From assembly GCA_026396175.1 (NCBI GenBank), contig JAPLXG010000002.1, positions 25,490-89,489 of the forward strand: a stretch of DNA of 64,000 bases, written 5' to 3'. This document shows, piece after piece, positions 1 through 9,532 of this stretch. This DNA is from Candidatus Moraniibacteriota bacterium (GTDB taxonomy: Bacteria > Patescibacteriota > Minisyncoccia > Moranbacterales > UBA2206). Position numbers and translations under genes: made by a program. The notes below the pieces were generated by a model, which was given only the letters and a program-made list of their open reading frames with translations, did not search any database and was not told where the DNA came from. How positions within the stretch are numbered: position 1 is the first letter of the stretch; each line of letters starts with the position of its first letter.

Positions 1-183
1 TAGCGCAAAAACCATCTTCCCCCGCCGAGGCGGGGCTAGCTGGACCCAACCCTGGACAATATAATGCCAGGATCCAGCTGTAGATTTTGACTGATTGTTA
101 ATAACTACTCTCAGTATAGCTAGTTATGGATAATTGTCAAGCAAGGGGAAATTTGATTTACTATTTTCACATTAATGCAAGTT

Positions 184-1299
184 CTAGACTTTTCTGTACC
201 TCGCGCTTCTGCCAAGTCCGATTCGTTCAATTTTCTTAAGTTTTAATAATACTTCCAATGCCTGTTTCACGGTTGGCCTGGGGATATTTGTTTCCTTGGC
301 AATCTCGCCTGTTCCAGCAACTTCAATTTGTTGAAAGAACATCCATACGGCAAGTTGCTTTTCTGATAATAATTTCTCGATATTTTCTTTTGACAATAAC
401 TCTAGGGCTAGTTGTGACTGTTCCAATAAAATCGCGAAGAAGAAATCAAGCCAAGGAGTAATATCTTCATTTTTTGTACCAAAAGTTTTTTGACTGCGTC
501 TAAGTGCGAGATAGTAGTCGGCTTTGTTATCCTCCACAAGTTTTTCGTGTGAAACATAAGGCATATACAAGTATCCATTTTGAAGTAACAAAAGATTTGT
601 CAAAATTCTAGAAATTCTGCCATTCCCATCTTGAAAAGGATGAATTTTTAAAAATTCAACCAAAAAATTAGCAAGCACCAGCAAGGGGTGATATTTTTTC
701 TCAGCTAGCAAGAAATTCGTTGACTCCATAAGCTCCATCATTTCTTTTGGCGTAAGATGAGGCGACGTTGGATTGAAAATCACGCCAATCTCTTTACCCT
801 CTTGGTCATATGCCACAACTTTATTTTCACCAAACTTATACTCACCCAAATGTCCCTGATCCTTGCTGGAATATTTCAGGAGTTCTTTGTGAAAATGCTT
901 AATAGAATTCTCATTAAATTTCAACCGCTTCCCCTCCGACGCCAAAGCTTTGGCGGGTGGGCAGGAATTGAAAATATTTTCCAAAAGCTCATAATAGCCC
1001 CTGACCTCTTGTTTATCGCGGTCAGCAAATTTTTGAATATTTACGCCCCTCATTACCTTTTCGATATCTTCGTCCGAAAGTTTTACGCCTTCAATGCGAG
1101 TAGATGCGCCAGTCGAAGTTATTAAAACAGACCGCTTGAGGCGACCAAGGACTTGCGGACTCAATTGCGAACCAGTAATCCAGCTACCTTTCAACTCATC
1201 AATCTTGGCAATTTTTGAAATTATTTCCGCAGGTATATTATCAAGCCTTTTTGAAAATTTACTTGCAATGTTGCTATTTTTTTGTTGCTTCTTGGCCAT
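184..1299 (-). CDS. Fic family protein (Fic/DOC AMPylation domain with C-terminal winged-helix)
   Basis: Canonical Fic motif HPFQDGNGRISR. Upstream inhibitory-type motif STRIEG (S/TxxxEG). C-terminal segment resembles a wHTH. Confidence 0.85.
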   Translation of the reverse strand: MAKKQQKNSNIASKFSKRLDNIPAEIISKIAKIDELKGSWITGSQLSPQVLGRLKRSVLITSTGASTRIEGVKLSDEDIEKVMRGVNIQKFADRDKQEVRGYYELLENIFNSCPPAKALASEGKRLKFNENSIKHFHKELLKYSSKDQGHLGEYKFGENKVVAYDQEGKEIGVIFNPTSPHLTPKEMMELMESTNFLLAEKKYHPLLVLANFLVEFLKIHPFQDGNGRISRILTNLLLLQNGYLYMPYVSHEKLVEDNKADYYLALRRSQKTFGTKNEDITPWLDFFFAILLEQSQLALELLSKENIEKLLSEKQLAVWMFFQQIEVAGTGEIAKETNIPRPTVKQALEVLLKLKKIERIGLGRSARYRKV

Positions 1300-1320
1300 A
1301 ATTTTTGGATATATTAACTA

Positions 1321-1340
1321 TATCCAATTATATCCAATTA
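1321..1340. promoter_or_regulatory. Tandem direct repeat TATCCAATTA x2, 22-40 nt upstream of the Fic start; possible operator
   Basis: Exact 10-nt tandem duplication seen directly in the sequence within the Fic 5' region. Confidence 0.25.
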
Positions 1341-1367
1341 ATGGATTAGTGTCAAATATGTATGCTG

Positions 1368-1396
1368 CAAAAAAACGCCATTCGGGCGTTTTTTGT
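1368..1396 (-). terminator. Rho-independent terminator (hairpin AAACGCC-ATTCG-GGCGTTT plus U-run) downstream of CDS 1402..2094
   Basis: GC hairpin flanked by A/T runs on both sides; could act bidirectionally. Confidence 0.55.
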
Positions 1397-1401
1397 GAAT
1401 T

Positions 1402-2094
1402 TTATTTAGCGGGGCTAGCATCCGTCGGAGCGGTATTAGCTTGGCTTGTATCCGGACTTGTGGCATCTGTTTGATCCGCAGCGTTTTGGCATTCTGTATC
1501 ATCCGGCGCACACTGATCCTCTTCGGCGGATGAATCTGCGGCGCTGTTTGCTTCACATTCAGTATCACCTTCTTCGCAAGTCGCCTCATCGGAAGAAGAT
1601 TCTTCTTCTGGCGGATTTTCTTTGGTATATTCCACCGGATCGCTGCACTCCACTTCTTGAGCTACTTTCGTTTGATCATCGCAAAAAATATATTGGCAGT
1701 CTGGTTCATTATCGCCGCAGACAAGGGCTTTGCAATTTTCATCCGCCGGATCACAAAGTGGAATGCGCGAAGCGTTTCTTTCGACTAGGTTATAATACCA
1801 GATGTCTTTTTCCGGGTCGCCGGTGCATTTTTCTCCGTCGACATCAGAAGCGGGATCGCATTCCCACACAAAGCATTTTTGCGCGTAAGGATCGCAATCA
1901 GTCTGCGCTTCGATGAGATAATTTTTCGCAATCACCGTGCGGTAATAGGTGACAAAGACTGAGCCAATGATGAGTAGCCCAAAAATGATAAAAAATATCT
2001 TACTTGATTTAGACTGCTCCATTTCTGGCGGAGATTTTTTATCTATCATGTTGTCCCTGCCCGAAATGCTTTGGGTGTATTTTTTGTTTTCCAT
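1402..2094 (-). CDS. Hypothetical membrane-anchored Cys-rich protein with acidic C-terminal tail
   Basis: N-terminal TM helix (IFFIIFGLLIIGSVFV), many Cys in the ectodomain, D/E/S-rich C-terminus. No recognisable family. Confidence 0.5.
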   Translation of the reverse strand: MENKKYTQSISGRDNMIDKKSPPEMEQSKSSKIFFIIFGLLIIGSVFVTYYRTVIAKNYLIEAQTDCDPYAQKCFVWECDPASDVDGEKCTGDPEKDIWYYNLVERNASRIPLCDPADENCKALVCGDNEPDCQYIFCDDQTKVAQEVECSDPVEYTKENPPEEESSSDEATCEEGDTECEANSAADSSAEEDQCAPDDTECQNAADQTDATSPDTSQANTAPTDASPAK

Positions 2095-2392
2095 TGACTT
2101 GTCTTATTATTTATTTTTTCAACCTTGTTATCATCCAATGTCCGCATTCTAAGGCAGGCGGGCATCTTTTTTTATTTTAAAATTGGTTAATAAAAAAACG
2201 CACAAAGGCGTTTTTGGGAAATATTCAATTCAACTCACAACCATTCACTAGTATAACTAGTGATTTAAAAATCATCTGCAGTTTATTTGGATTTTTTCGG
2301 AAAGCAATCATAATATTTATCTCCCCCGTTTCTATGAAAATATTGTAGCAGGAAAATCAAAGGAGAGCAAGAAAATAAGGCTAGATTTTCTT

Positions 2393-2427
2393 CCGCCAAA
2401 AAACCTGCTCCAAGAATTGGAGCAGGT
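2393..2427 (-). terminator. Rho-independent terminator: hairpin CCTGCTCCA-AGAAT-TGGAGCAGG followed by a U-run on the minus strand
   Basis: 9-bp GC-rich stem at 2404..2426 with a T-run immediately downstream on the minus strand. Lies 3' of CDS 2465..2932. Confidence 0.7.
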
Positions 2428-2464
2428 TATCGTTGAACAGAAAAATATTCCGCTAATCGTCTTT

Positions 2465-2932
2465 TTAATTTTGACCGGGATTTTGTCCCGCTGGTTGCGC
2501 CGGTCTGATTTGGATATTGTCCGCCGCAATACTGCCATCCGGATTACTGTTGCCACTGACCATCACATTTTGTCCTGTGCTTAAATCTGAAGCTGCGCCG
2601 GGAGCTGTTTTCCCGATTGTTGTCGAACCGGAAAAATAGACAATTTTTGAACTGCCATCGCGAGTTTTGATCGTGATGCTGGTATCGTCTTTGGAAAGGA
2701 TCTGCCCGTTGGAAAAACCACTGCCGCCATTTGGTCCACGCTGACCGCGTTGGCCACCGCCCCCTGGTCCACCACCATTATCTGCCACACCGCTGCCGCC
2801 GCCATTTCGACCTTGCTTTGCTTGCGCCGCCGCGCCAGTTGCCTTATTCAACCCATACTGCATCCCGCCATAGAACATTCCACCGGCGATTATGACTAGC
2901 ACCGCGAGATTTATCATATTTTTCTTTTGCAT
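2465..2932 (-). CDS. TM-anchored Gly-rich protein with C-terminal beta-rich domain (paralog of 6446..7024)
   Basis: N-terminal TM, Gly-rich linker (GGGSGVADNGGGPGGGG). C-terminal segment aligns with 6446..7024 (G..DGS.AADNIQI vs GTPNDQGVVAADLIRV). Confidence 0.55.
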   Translation of the reverse strand: MQKKNMINLAVLVIIAGGMFYGGMQYGLNKATGAAAQAKQGRNGGGSGVADNGGGPGGGGQRGQRGPNGGSGFSNGQILSKDDTSITIKTRDGSSKIVYFSGSTTIGKTAPGAASDLSTGQNVMVSGNSNPDGSIAADNIQIRPAQPAGQNPGQN

Positions 2933-3135
2933 AGCATTTAATATAAATATTTAACTTAATTATGATTTTTTAATTTGAAATTTGTCCCCGAGGGATAAGC
3001 TTGAAGCAAAAAATTATAAATTTTAATTCAAATCTAAATTATTTAATTTTTAATTTTAATCATTTGACCTTGATTTTAAATTTTAAATTTCAAATTTCAA
3101 ATTTCGCGCCTTATATTCATTGTCGAAAAATGCCT

Positions 3136-4350
3136 TTATTCGTATCTAAGCGCCTCAATCGGACTCAAACTTGCCGCCCTTCTTGCTGGATAAAACCCAA
3201 AAATAATTCCTACTCCGGCGGAAACGCCAAAAGCCAGGAGAATTGTCGAGACGGAAACGGATGTTGTTAATCCGGCAAACTTGGTTACGGCGAGAGACGC
3301 CAGCCACCCAAGAACAATTCCCATCGCTCCGCCCAAAAAGGTCAAAACAACTGCCTCGGACAAAAATTGCAGATTGATGTAAATTTTTTTGATTCCGACT
3401 GCTTTTCGAAGACCAATTTCCCGCGTTCGCTCCGTCACGGTCGTGAGCATCATATTCATAATGCCGATTCCGCCGACCAAAAGTGAGATGCCGGCAATGG
3501 AAGCCAAGAGAATGGTAAAAGTGCCCGTGATGCTCGAAGCGGTCGCGATAATATCCGCTTGATTGATTGTGCTAAAGTCCGCTTGAGTCGGATCTGATAT
3601 TCCGTGTCTTTGAATGAGCAAGTCAGTCAAATCACTTTGCACGGTTGGTAAAATAGTGGAATCTTGCGCTGAGACGCTGATTGTCGTGACATAGGCATCA
3701 CCAGAGAGATAATGTTGCTCCGTGGAAAGCGGAACATAGACCGCATCGTCAGCATTGTTGAAACCGGTTCCGCCTTTGGTCATAGTGAGACCAATTACCT
3801 GAAAATCAATATTTTTAATTCGAATGGTTTGTCCGGTCGGATCAACATCAACGCCAAATAAATCATCGCGCACGCCGGGACCAATCACGGCCACTTTGGC
3901 GGAAGTTTGCTCCTGATAATCAGTCAGAAAAGTTCCAGAATCCATTGTTATATTTCGCACCGTAGCATAATCCGGCACTGTGCCAGTAATTTGCGTATTG
4001 GTGTTGTTCCCTTTGGCCGTCACTTGATAGCGGTGCGTGTCTTCCGGCGCGACGCCAACCACATTTTGCACTTCGCTGGCAATCGCATTAGCATCTTCCA
4101 ATTTTAGTGACTGTGCACTGCCCTGGCCAGCACTAACACCAGCCGTTCTTTGCGCTCCGGGAGTAACAATAATCAAATTGGAACCGATGGATTGAATCCG
4201 TGCTTGGATAGAAGCTTGCGATCCTTGTCCGATTGCTACCATGGTAATCACCGAGGCGATTCCAATCACAATACCCAAAATCGTCAGTCCCGATCTGACC
4301 TTATTTCCCGCCAACGACCAAATTGTTTCCCGCAATAGATCTTTAAACAT
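3136..4350 (-). CDS. ABC transporter permease, MacB/FtsX family
   Basis: N-terminal TM, large periplasmic MacB-like domain, C-terminal FtsX-like 3-TM bundle. Start overlaps the ATPase gene stop. Confidence 0.85.
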   Translation of the reverse strand: MFKDLLRETIWSLAGNKVRSGLTILGIVIGIASVITMVAIGQGSQASIQARIQSIGSNLIIVTPGAQRTAGVSAGQGSAQSLKLEDANAIASEVQNVVGVAPEDTHRYQVTAKGNNTNTQITGTVPDYATVRNITMDSGTFLTDYQEQTSAKVAVIGPGVRDDLFGVDVDPTGQTIRIKNIDFQVIGLTMTKGGTGFNNADDAVYVPLSTEQHYLSGDAYVTTISVSAQDSTILPTVQSDLTDLLIQRHGISDPTQADFSTINQADIIATASSITGTFTILLASIAGISLLVGGIGIMNMMLTTVTERTREIGLRKAVGIKKIYINLQFLSEAVVLTFLGGAMGIVLGWLASLAVTKFAGLTTSVSVSTILLAFGVSAGVGIIFGFYPARRAASLSPIEALRYE

Positions 4351-5032
4351 TTTTTTTATTAATTACATCCTTCTCAATTAAACCGTCTCGCACAGAAATA
4401 ACTCGATCGGCAAATCCGGCTACATCCATCTCATGCGTAATTAAAATTATCGTATGCCCCATATTATTAAGCTTGCGAAAAGTTTCCATCACAATCCGGC
4501 TGGTCTTCGTGTCCAAATTTCCCGTCGGCTCATCGGCCAAAATAATCGACGGATTATTGATGAGCGATCTGGCGATGGCCACGCGTTGCATCTGTCCGCC
4601 GGACAATTGATTGGAAAGATTATAGAATTTACTTTCTTCCATTCCGGCATAACTCAATGCTTCCTTGGCCTTTTGCTCTCGCTCTTTTTGCGTTGTATCG
4701 CTAAAAAGCAATGGCAACATCACATTGCGCAGTACGGTTGTGCGTGGCAAAAGATTGAACGACTGAAAAACAAATCCGATTTTGTCACGGCGTAGTTCTG
4801 AGAGTTCGTCATCATTCAATTTTGAAACTTCCGCGCCATCCAAAAAATACTCCCCGCTGGTGGGAGAATCGAGCGCACCCAAGATATGCATCAAGGTTGA
4901 TTTTCCACTGCCCGATGGTCCGATAATTGCCACGAATTCGCCTTTTTCAATCTTAAACGTGATGCCACAAACCGCCTGCGTTTCCACATCGCCGTTGACA
5001 TAGGTTTTGCAAATGTTTTTACATTCAATCAC
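4343..5032 (-). CDS. ABC transporter ATP-binding protein (MacB/LolD-like)
   Basis: Walker A GPSGSGKST, ABC signature LSGGQMQRVAIARSL, Walker B IILADEPTGNLD. Confidence 0.9.
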   Translation of the reverse strand: MIECKNICKTYVNGDVETQAVCGITFKIEKGEFVAIIGPSGSGKSTLMHILGALDSPTSGEYFLDGAEVSKLNDDELSELRRDKIGFVFQSFNLLPRTTVLRNVMLPLLFSDTTQKEREQKAKEALSYAGMEESKFYNLSNQLSGGQMQRVAIARSLINNPSIILADEPTGNLDTKTSRIVMETFRKLNNMGHTIILITHEMDVAGFADRVISVRDGLIEKDVINKKNV

Positions 5033-5174
5033 GAGAAAATTTTCAATTTACAATTTTCAATTTACAATCAATTCTCAATTAACTAATTTTTAAATTTATA
5101 AAATAGGCAATTGATATTTGATAGATTGCAAACTCAATGAAAATTGATCATTGGTTATCGGAAATTATACTCTC

Positions 5175-6341
5175 CTACCCTCCAAATCTTCCACCTCCGC
5201 CGATACCGGGTAGCCTTGCGCCACCGCTTTGCGTTGATGTTGAAGTTGTCGCATTTGGATTGATTGTTCGTGTCACCACCGGATCGCCAACAGAAATGCC
5301 ACTGACAATTTCCGTATCGGTATTGTTCACCGCGCCAATTTGCACGGTAACTTGCTGCGGTGAAGTTTCTCCACTATTTAAAACTTCCACATAATTACCA
5401 TTTCCTTGTTTTTTCACCGCGCTATTTGGCACGGTAATCACGTCCTGCTTGACGCTGGTAATGATAGAAGCGGAAACGCTCATCCCGGGTTTGATCCGCG
5501 CGTCCAGTGAGTCAAAACTAATTGTGGCATTATACGTCACGACACCCTGCGCGATCGTTCCCAGCGAATCCATCTTTTCGATTTTTCCCGAAGTAGTGAG
5601 GCCCGCTACTGAATTGAAAGTCATCATCACTTTTTGACCGAGCGCAACATTTGGCACATCAACTTCATTGATCTGCACTTGAGCTTTCATTGTTCCGAGA
5701 TCTCCGATAATCATCGGCACGCTTCGCGAACTGCCCGAAGAAAGCTTGGAAAGATCATCTCCATTTTTAATATTGATGGCATTGACTGTTCCGTCGCTTG
5801 GCGCGGTCACATTGCGCTTTCCCGCGTCGGAAAGCGCGCTTTGATATTTTTCTTGAGACACATTGACATTCTCCTTGGACACTTCCAGAGATTGTTTGGC
5901 CGCCTGCAGCTGGTTATTCAGAATTCTTTCCTGCGCCGACCCTGCTTTATTGTGATCATAATTATATTGCGCTTGTTTTTCCGAAGCCTTGGAAGTTTCA
6001 ACTGCTTGTTGCGACTGAAGATAAGCATTTTTGGCACTTGCCGCGCTGATACTTAGCTGTTCATTGACAATCGTAAAAAGCGTCTGGCCTTTTTTGACCG
6101 GATCGCCAATATTGACTGCCAAGTTAGCCACTGTTCCGGTAATAGTCGGATCAATGTTGACACTTTGGTCCACTACCACGTTGCCGGAACCGGAAACGGA
6201 ACTGGTCAACATTCCTTTTTGCGCCGCCGTTGTTTTGTAAGTGATGGCAGTACTCGCAGTGTGCGTACTTTTGTACCAATAATAACCGCCCGCTATGACA
6301 ATTATTGCAATGATAGCGATATGGCTTTTTTTCATTTTCAT
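5175..6341 (-). CDS. Efflux transporter periplasmic adaptor subunit (HlyD/MacA membrane-fusion family)
   Basis: N-terminal TM anchor, coiled-coil hairpin region, lipoyl and beta-barrel-like segments. Gly-rich C-terminus. Confidence 0.8.
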   Translation of the reverse strand: MKMKKSHIAIIAIIVIAGGYYWYKSTHTASTAITYKTTAAQKGMLTSSVSGSGNVVVDQSVNIDPTITGTVANLAVNIGDPVKKGQTLFTIVNEQLSISAASAKNAYLQSQQAVETSKASEKQAQYNYDHNKAGSAQERILNNQLQAAKQSLEVSKENVNVSQEKYQSALSDAGKRNVTAPSDGTVNAINIKNGDDLSKLSSGSSRSVPMIIGDLGTMKAQVQINEVDVPNVALGQKVMMTFNSVAGLTTSGKIEKMDSLGTIAQGVVTYNATISFDSLDARIKPGMSVSASIITSVKQDVITVPNSAVKKQGNGNYVEVLNSGETSPQQVTVQIGAVNNTDTEIVSGISVGDPVVTRTINPNATTSTSTQSGGARLPGIGGGGRFGG

Positions 6342-6445
6342 AAATTAGTCCAGCACTAACTCCCAGGCTTGTCCGGTTAGTAGCTATAGATAGGATATTA
6401 ATTAAAGAAAAAATCGAAAAACAATAAGCCAAGTTAGTGCTTGGA

Positions 6446-7024
6446 TTAATTACTATTAGTGTTAGTCGTATTATTATCGTTATTGATAGTGTTGCTATTT
6501 TCTGTGTTCGTTGTATTAGTGTTATTTCTAAAAACTCGAATTAAATCAGCTGCGACTACGCCTTGATCGTTGGGCGTTCCCATCACGACAATTTGATCAT
6601 TCGCTTTGAGATCAGTAATTTTGAGATCAGTCGTGCGATCTTTGATGATGGTTTTGTCCGTCACGGCAACCGTGTTCTCCTTGTTGTCATGATCTTTCAC
6701 AATTAGGTTATTACCGGAAACGGAAATTATCATTCCGGCCAAACCATGCGCATTGCGAAAACCTCCTCCTTCGATATTTCGAGGAATATTCATCATTCCA
6801 CCGCGATTATTCCCCATCATGCCACCACGACTATCATCGCCATCCATCATCGGGCCACCAATAAAATTCCGTTCATAATTTTGACCCCATTGATAGGAAA
6901 ATTTCGCTTTGCGCAATCCCACTGCCACGCCACCGGCAAAAATAACCAGCATCAAAAGTAGCGCTCCAATCGCACCGATCGCCAGCTTGAACTTTTTTGA
7001 TTTAATCACTTCTTTCGTGTCCAT
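6446..7024 (-). CDS. TM-anchored Gly/Met/Asn-rich protein (paralog of 2465..2932)
   Basis: N-terminal TM, RGGMMGNNRGGMM repeats, conserved C-terminal beta segment, Asn/Thr-rich tail. Confidence 0.5.
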   Translation of the reverse strand: MDTKEVIKSKKFKLAIGAIGALLLMLVIFAGGVAVGLRKAKFSYQWGQNYERNFIGGPMMDGDDSRGGMMGNNRGGMMNIPRNIEGGGFRNAHGLAGMIISVSGNNLIVKDHDNKENTVAVTDKTIIKDRTTDLKITDLKANDQIVVMGTPNDQGVVAADLIRVFRNNTNTTNTENSNTINNDNNTTNTNSN

Positions 7025-7035
7025 AAGTTTGATAT

Positions 7036-7443
7036 TTAATAACTAAATTTATGCTTATAATTAGCTTTGTTAGTGAAATAAAAATTGGCGGAAAGAAGCA
7101 TCAAGAAAACCGGAGCCAAAAGAATTGCCGCGTGCACAAAAGGAAAGGTTTCCAACAGGGACATTAAAAATGTATCCCAATTTTTCGCCACAGTTGTGAT
7201 ATCGGAAAAAGCCAGAGAAAGCATCGCCCAAAATTCCGATTGCAAAAAAGCTTGCCCGAAAAAAATTCCCGCCAAAAGTGCCGACATAAACGACCCACCG
7301 AGGCCAAGATAGGAAAAAATCAACTGTCTTTTAGCGCTCTTGATTTTTTCTTTTTCAATTCGAGATAAAATAAAACCAGCTAACGTTACTGGCGGATTAA
7401 TTTCACTGATATTTTTGAATAGCCGATTAAGTTTCGTGCTCAT
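7036..7443 (-). CDS. Putative membrane anti-sigma factor
   Basis: Small protein directly downstream of the ECF sigma gene on the same strand. Short cytoplasmic N-terminus followed by TM helices. Assigned by position and architecture only. Confidence 0.4.
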   Translation of the reverse strand: MSTKLNRLFKNISEINPPVTLAGFILSRIEKEKIKSAKRQLIFSYLGLGGSFMSALLAGIFFGQAFLQSEFWAMLSLAFSDITTVAKNWDTFLMSLLETFPFVHAAILLAPVFLMLLSANFYFTNKANYKHKFSY

Positions 7444-7526
7444 AAAATATTTTCAGAGACTTGCGCGTTTAGAACGCTATGAAAAATGAAAAAACATAGG
7501 TCAAAACGCGCACGTCTCACTATCTA

Positions 7527-8102
7527 CTACGACAATGGATCGCTTATGGGTGCAAATTCTTTTTTGAGAGCATTTAGGGCTCTTTGATGCTGACTCTTGA
7601 CTGTATTATAGGGCATTTCCAGCACTGACGCAATTTCCGCCACGCTCAAATCATCCCGATAGCGCAAAAACAAAATAGTCTGATATTTTCCCGGCAGTTT
7701 TTTGATTTTTTCTTCCAATTCCCGAGTCGATTCAACGCGCTCCAAAATTTCATCCGGCAATGGCTTATCTTCAGCCACTTCGTCCAATCGATTATACCCT
7801 TCACTATTTTCAAACAGCGAAAAAGGCAAAGTTTTTTTCTTTTTCCAAAAGTCTTTGGCGCTATTTTTCGCAATCGCAAATAACCAGACTTTGAATTTTT
7901 TTTCCACGTCAAAGCGCTTGATGTGTTTCCAAGCTTTGAGAAAAGTCTCTTGTGTCAAATCATCCGTGAGCGTCGCGTCTCCTCCGGTCAAGCGAAAAAG
8001 AAAATTATAGACCGCTTTCAAGTGGCGATTGACCAAAAGCTCAAAAGACGCATCATCGCCCGCCAAAAAATCCGCGATCAATTGTTGATCATTTTTTTCC
8101 AT
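7527..8102 (-). CDS. RNA polymerase sigma-70 family ECF sigma factor
   Basis: Region 2 (ETFLKAWKHIKRFD) and region 4 HTH (SVAEIASVLEMPYNTVKSQHQRAL). Confidence 0.85.
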   Translation of the reverse strand: MEKNDQQLIADFLAGDDASFELLVNRHLKAVYNFLFRLTGGDATLTDDLTQETFLKAWKHIKRFDVEKKFKVWLFAIAKNSAKDFWKKKKTLPFSLFENSEGYNRLDEVAEDKPLPDEILERVESTRELEEKIKKLPGKYQTILFLRYRDDLSVAEIASVLEMPYNTVKSQHQRALNALKKEFAPISDPLS

Positions 8103-8153
8103 AAACTAATCCTAGCACGAGCTGGATATATTTTCAAAAAGGTGGTTTTTGGG

Positions 8154-8200
8154 AATAAAAAAACCAGCAATCTCATTCCTCCTATAGATGAGATTGCTGG
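8154..8200 (-). terminator. Rho-independent terminator after the pyrE/pyrF fusion (13-bp stem CCAGCAATCTCAT/ATGAGATTGCTGG plus U-run)
   Basis: Long perfect stem at 8164..8200 followed by a T-run on the minus strand. Separates the pyrEF unit from the ECF operon. Confidence 0.75.
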
Positions 8201-8229
8201 ATACTTTAAAACATAGTTGATTTGGAAAG

Positions 8230-9531
8230 TTATTTTTTTAGTTCTTCCTTAAGAACTCGTTTGACTTCCGCCACCGGATCAGACGCTGTTAGGAATTGTC
8301 TTCCACCCACAATATAGTCCGCACCGTTCGCTATAGCAGCTGCCGGGGTATCGACTCTTGCCTGATCGCCTTTATCTGCCCCCGGAGACCTAACGCCAGG
8401 AGTGACAAGTGTCATATTTGGGTAAAGACGCCTTAATTCGGAAACTTCTTCTGGCGAGCAAACCAATCCGTGCGCACCAGCTCGATAGGCAATTAGCGCC
8501 AAAGCAAGAACTTGCTCCATTGGCCGACGAACATAAATTTCTTCACAAGTGGCCGCATCAAAAGAAGTTAATACTGTAACGGCCAAAACTTTTGTTGGTG
8601 TATCTTTTAGGATATTTACCGCAGCTTGAATCATTTTCTTCGATCCTGAGGCGTGAACAGTTACCGCCCACGGAGGATTTGGAAGAAGGTGTTTCATGAT
8701 ATTTTCGATGGTGTTGCTGATGTCATAGCTCTTAGGGTCGACCATAACTCGACCATAAGTACTCAGATCGGGGATGAGCTTCTCCGCACCCTTCTGAAAA
8801 AGCAAGTCATTGACCTTGATAATGCATCCGCTGGTTCTTAATGCATCAGCAAAAGGAAGAATTTCCTCCCAACTTTTGCCATCAAATGCAATAATGAGAG
8901 GATTTTTTTTCTCCAAATCAATATCGCATCTTTCCATGTATCCATTTTCGACAAGATACCGACGAACGTCGTGCAGAGTCATTCCCGGCCAAACATCCAT
9001 ATTAATTCCCAGCTCGACGAATTTCTTCTTCCAGCCTTGTTGGCGATCAACCAAAACCACAAGCGGTAGAATCTTCAGATCACGCGCTAGGCATTCCTGG
9101 TACGGTCCGAGTTTTGACTGTCCATCCGTGATAACATCATCATAAACACAAACTCGTTCCCCCGAAAAACATTGCCCACTGATTTTTGCATCTCCCGTTC
9201 GTCCCTCTTTGACTTCCTTTCGAACTGTAATGTATGGAATGTTAGTGAGTTCAGAAATCCGTGAAGAAAACGGAGTGACTGCATCCGGAACCTCAATAAA
9301 TCTATCCGGATTAAGACGAAAAATTGGATTTGCAAATACCCGTGCCACATAGGGACTCGCCTTAGGAATGTTACGCGCGTTGCGAAGATTGATATAAATA
9401 TCAGTCAGACCTCCGCTCTTCAGCTTGAGTTTACGTGAATTATCCCATTTAATAAGTTGATAAAAAATAAGCCGCTCGATAACTTCAGCTCGCTCTTCCG
9501 GAGTCAACCATGGTGTTAAAGAAATTGGCAT
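8230..9531 (-). CDS. pyrEF: Bifunctional orotate phosphoribosyltransferase / orotidine-5'-phosphate decarboxylase (PyrE-PyrF fusion)
   Basis: N-terminal PRTase with PRPP-binding motif VCVYDDVITDGQS. C-terminal OMP decarboxylase motifs (IIAFDG..., VTPGVRSPGADKGDQARVDTPAAAIANGADYIVGGRQF). Confidence 0.7.
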   Translation of the reverse strand: MPISLTPWLTPEERAEVIERLIFYQLIKWDNSRKLKLKSGGLTDIYINLRNARNIPKASPYVARVFANPIFRLNPDRFIEVPDAVTPFSSRISELTNIPYITVRKEVKEGRTGDAKISGQCFSGERVCVYDDVITDGQSKLGPYQECLARDLKILPLVVLVDRQQGWKKKFVELGINMDVWPGMTLHDVRRYLVENGYMERCDIDLEKKNPLIIAFDGKSWEEILPFADALRTSGCIIKVNDLLFQKGAEKLIPDLSTYGRVMVDPKSYDISNTIENIMKHLLPNPPWAVTVHASGSKKMIQAAVNILKDTPTKVLAVTVLTSFDAATCEEIYVRRPMEQVLALALIAYRAGAHGLVCSPEEVSELRRLYPNMTLVTPGVRSPGADKGDQARVDTPAAAIANGADYIVGGRQFLTASDPVAEVKRVLKEELKK

Positions 9532-9532
9532 G

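Noticed and set aside
2332-2556. 74-aa minus-strand ORF between the Gly-rich protein gene and the Cys-rich protein gene
   Set aside because: It spans the strong terminator hairpin at 2404..2426 and overlaps the 3' end of CDS 2465..2932. Unlikely to be translated.
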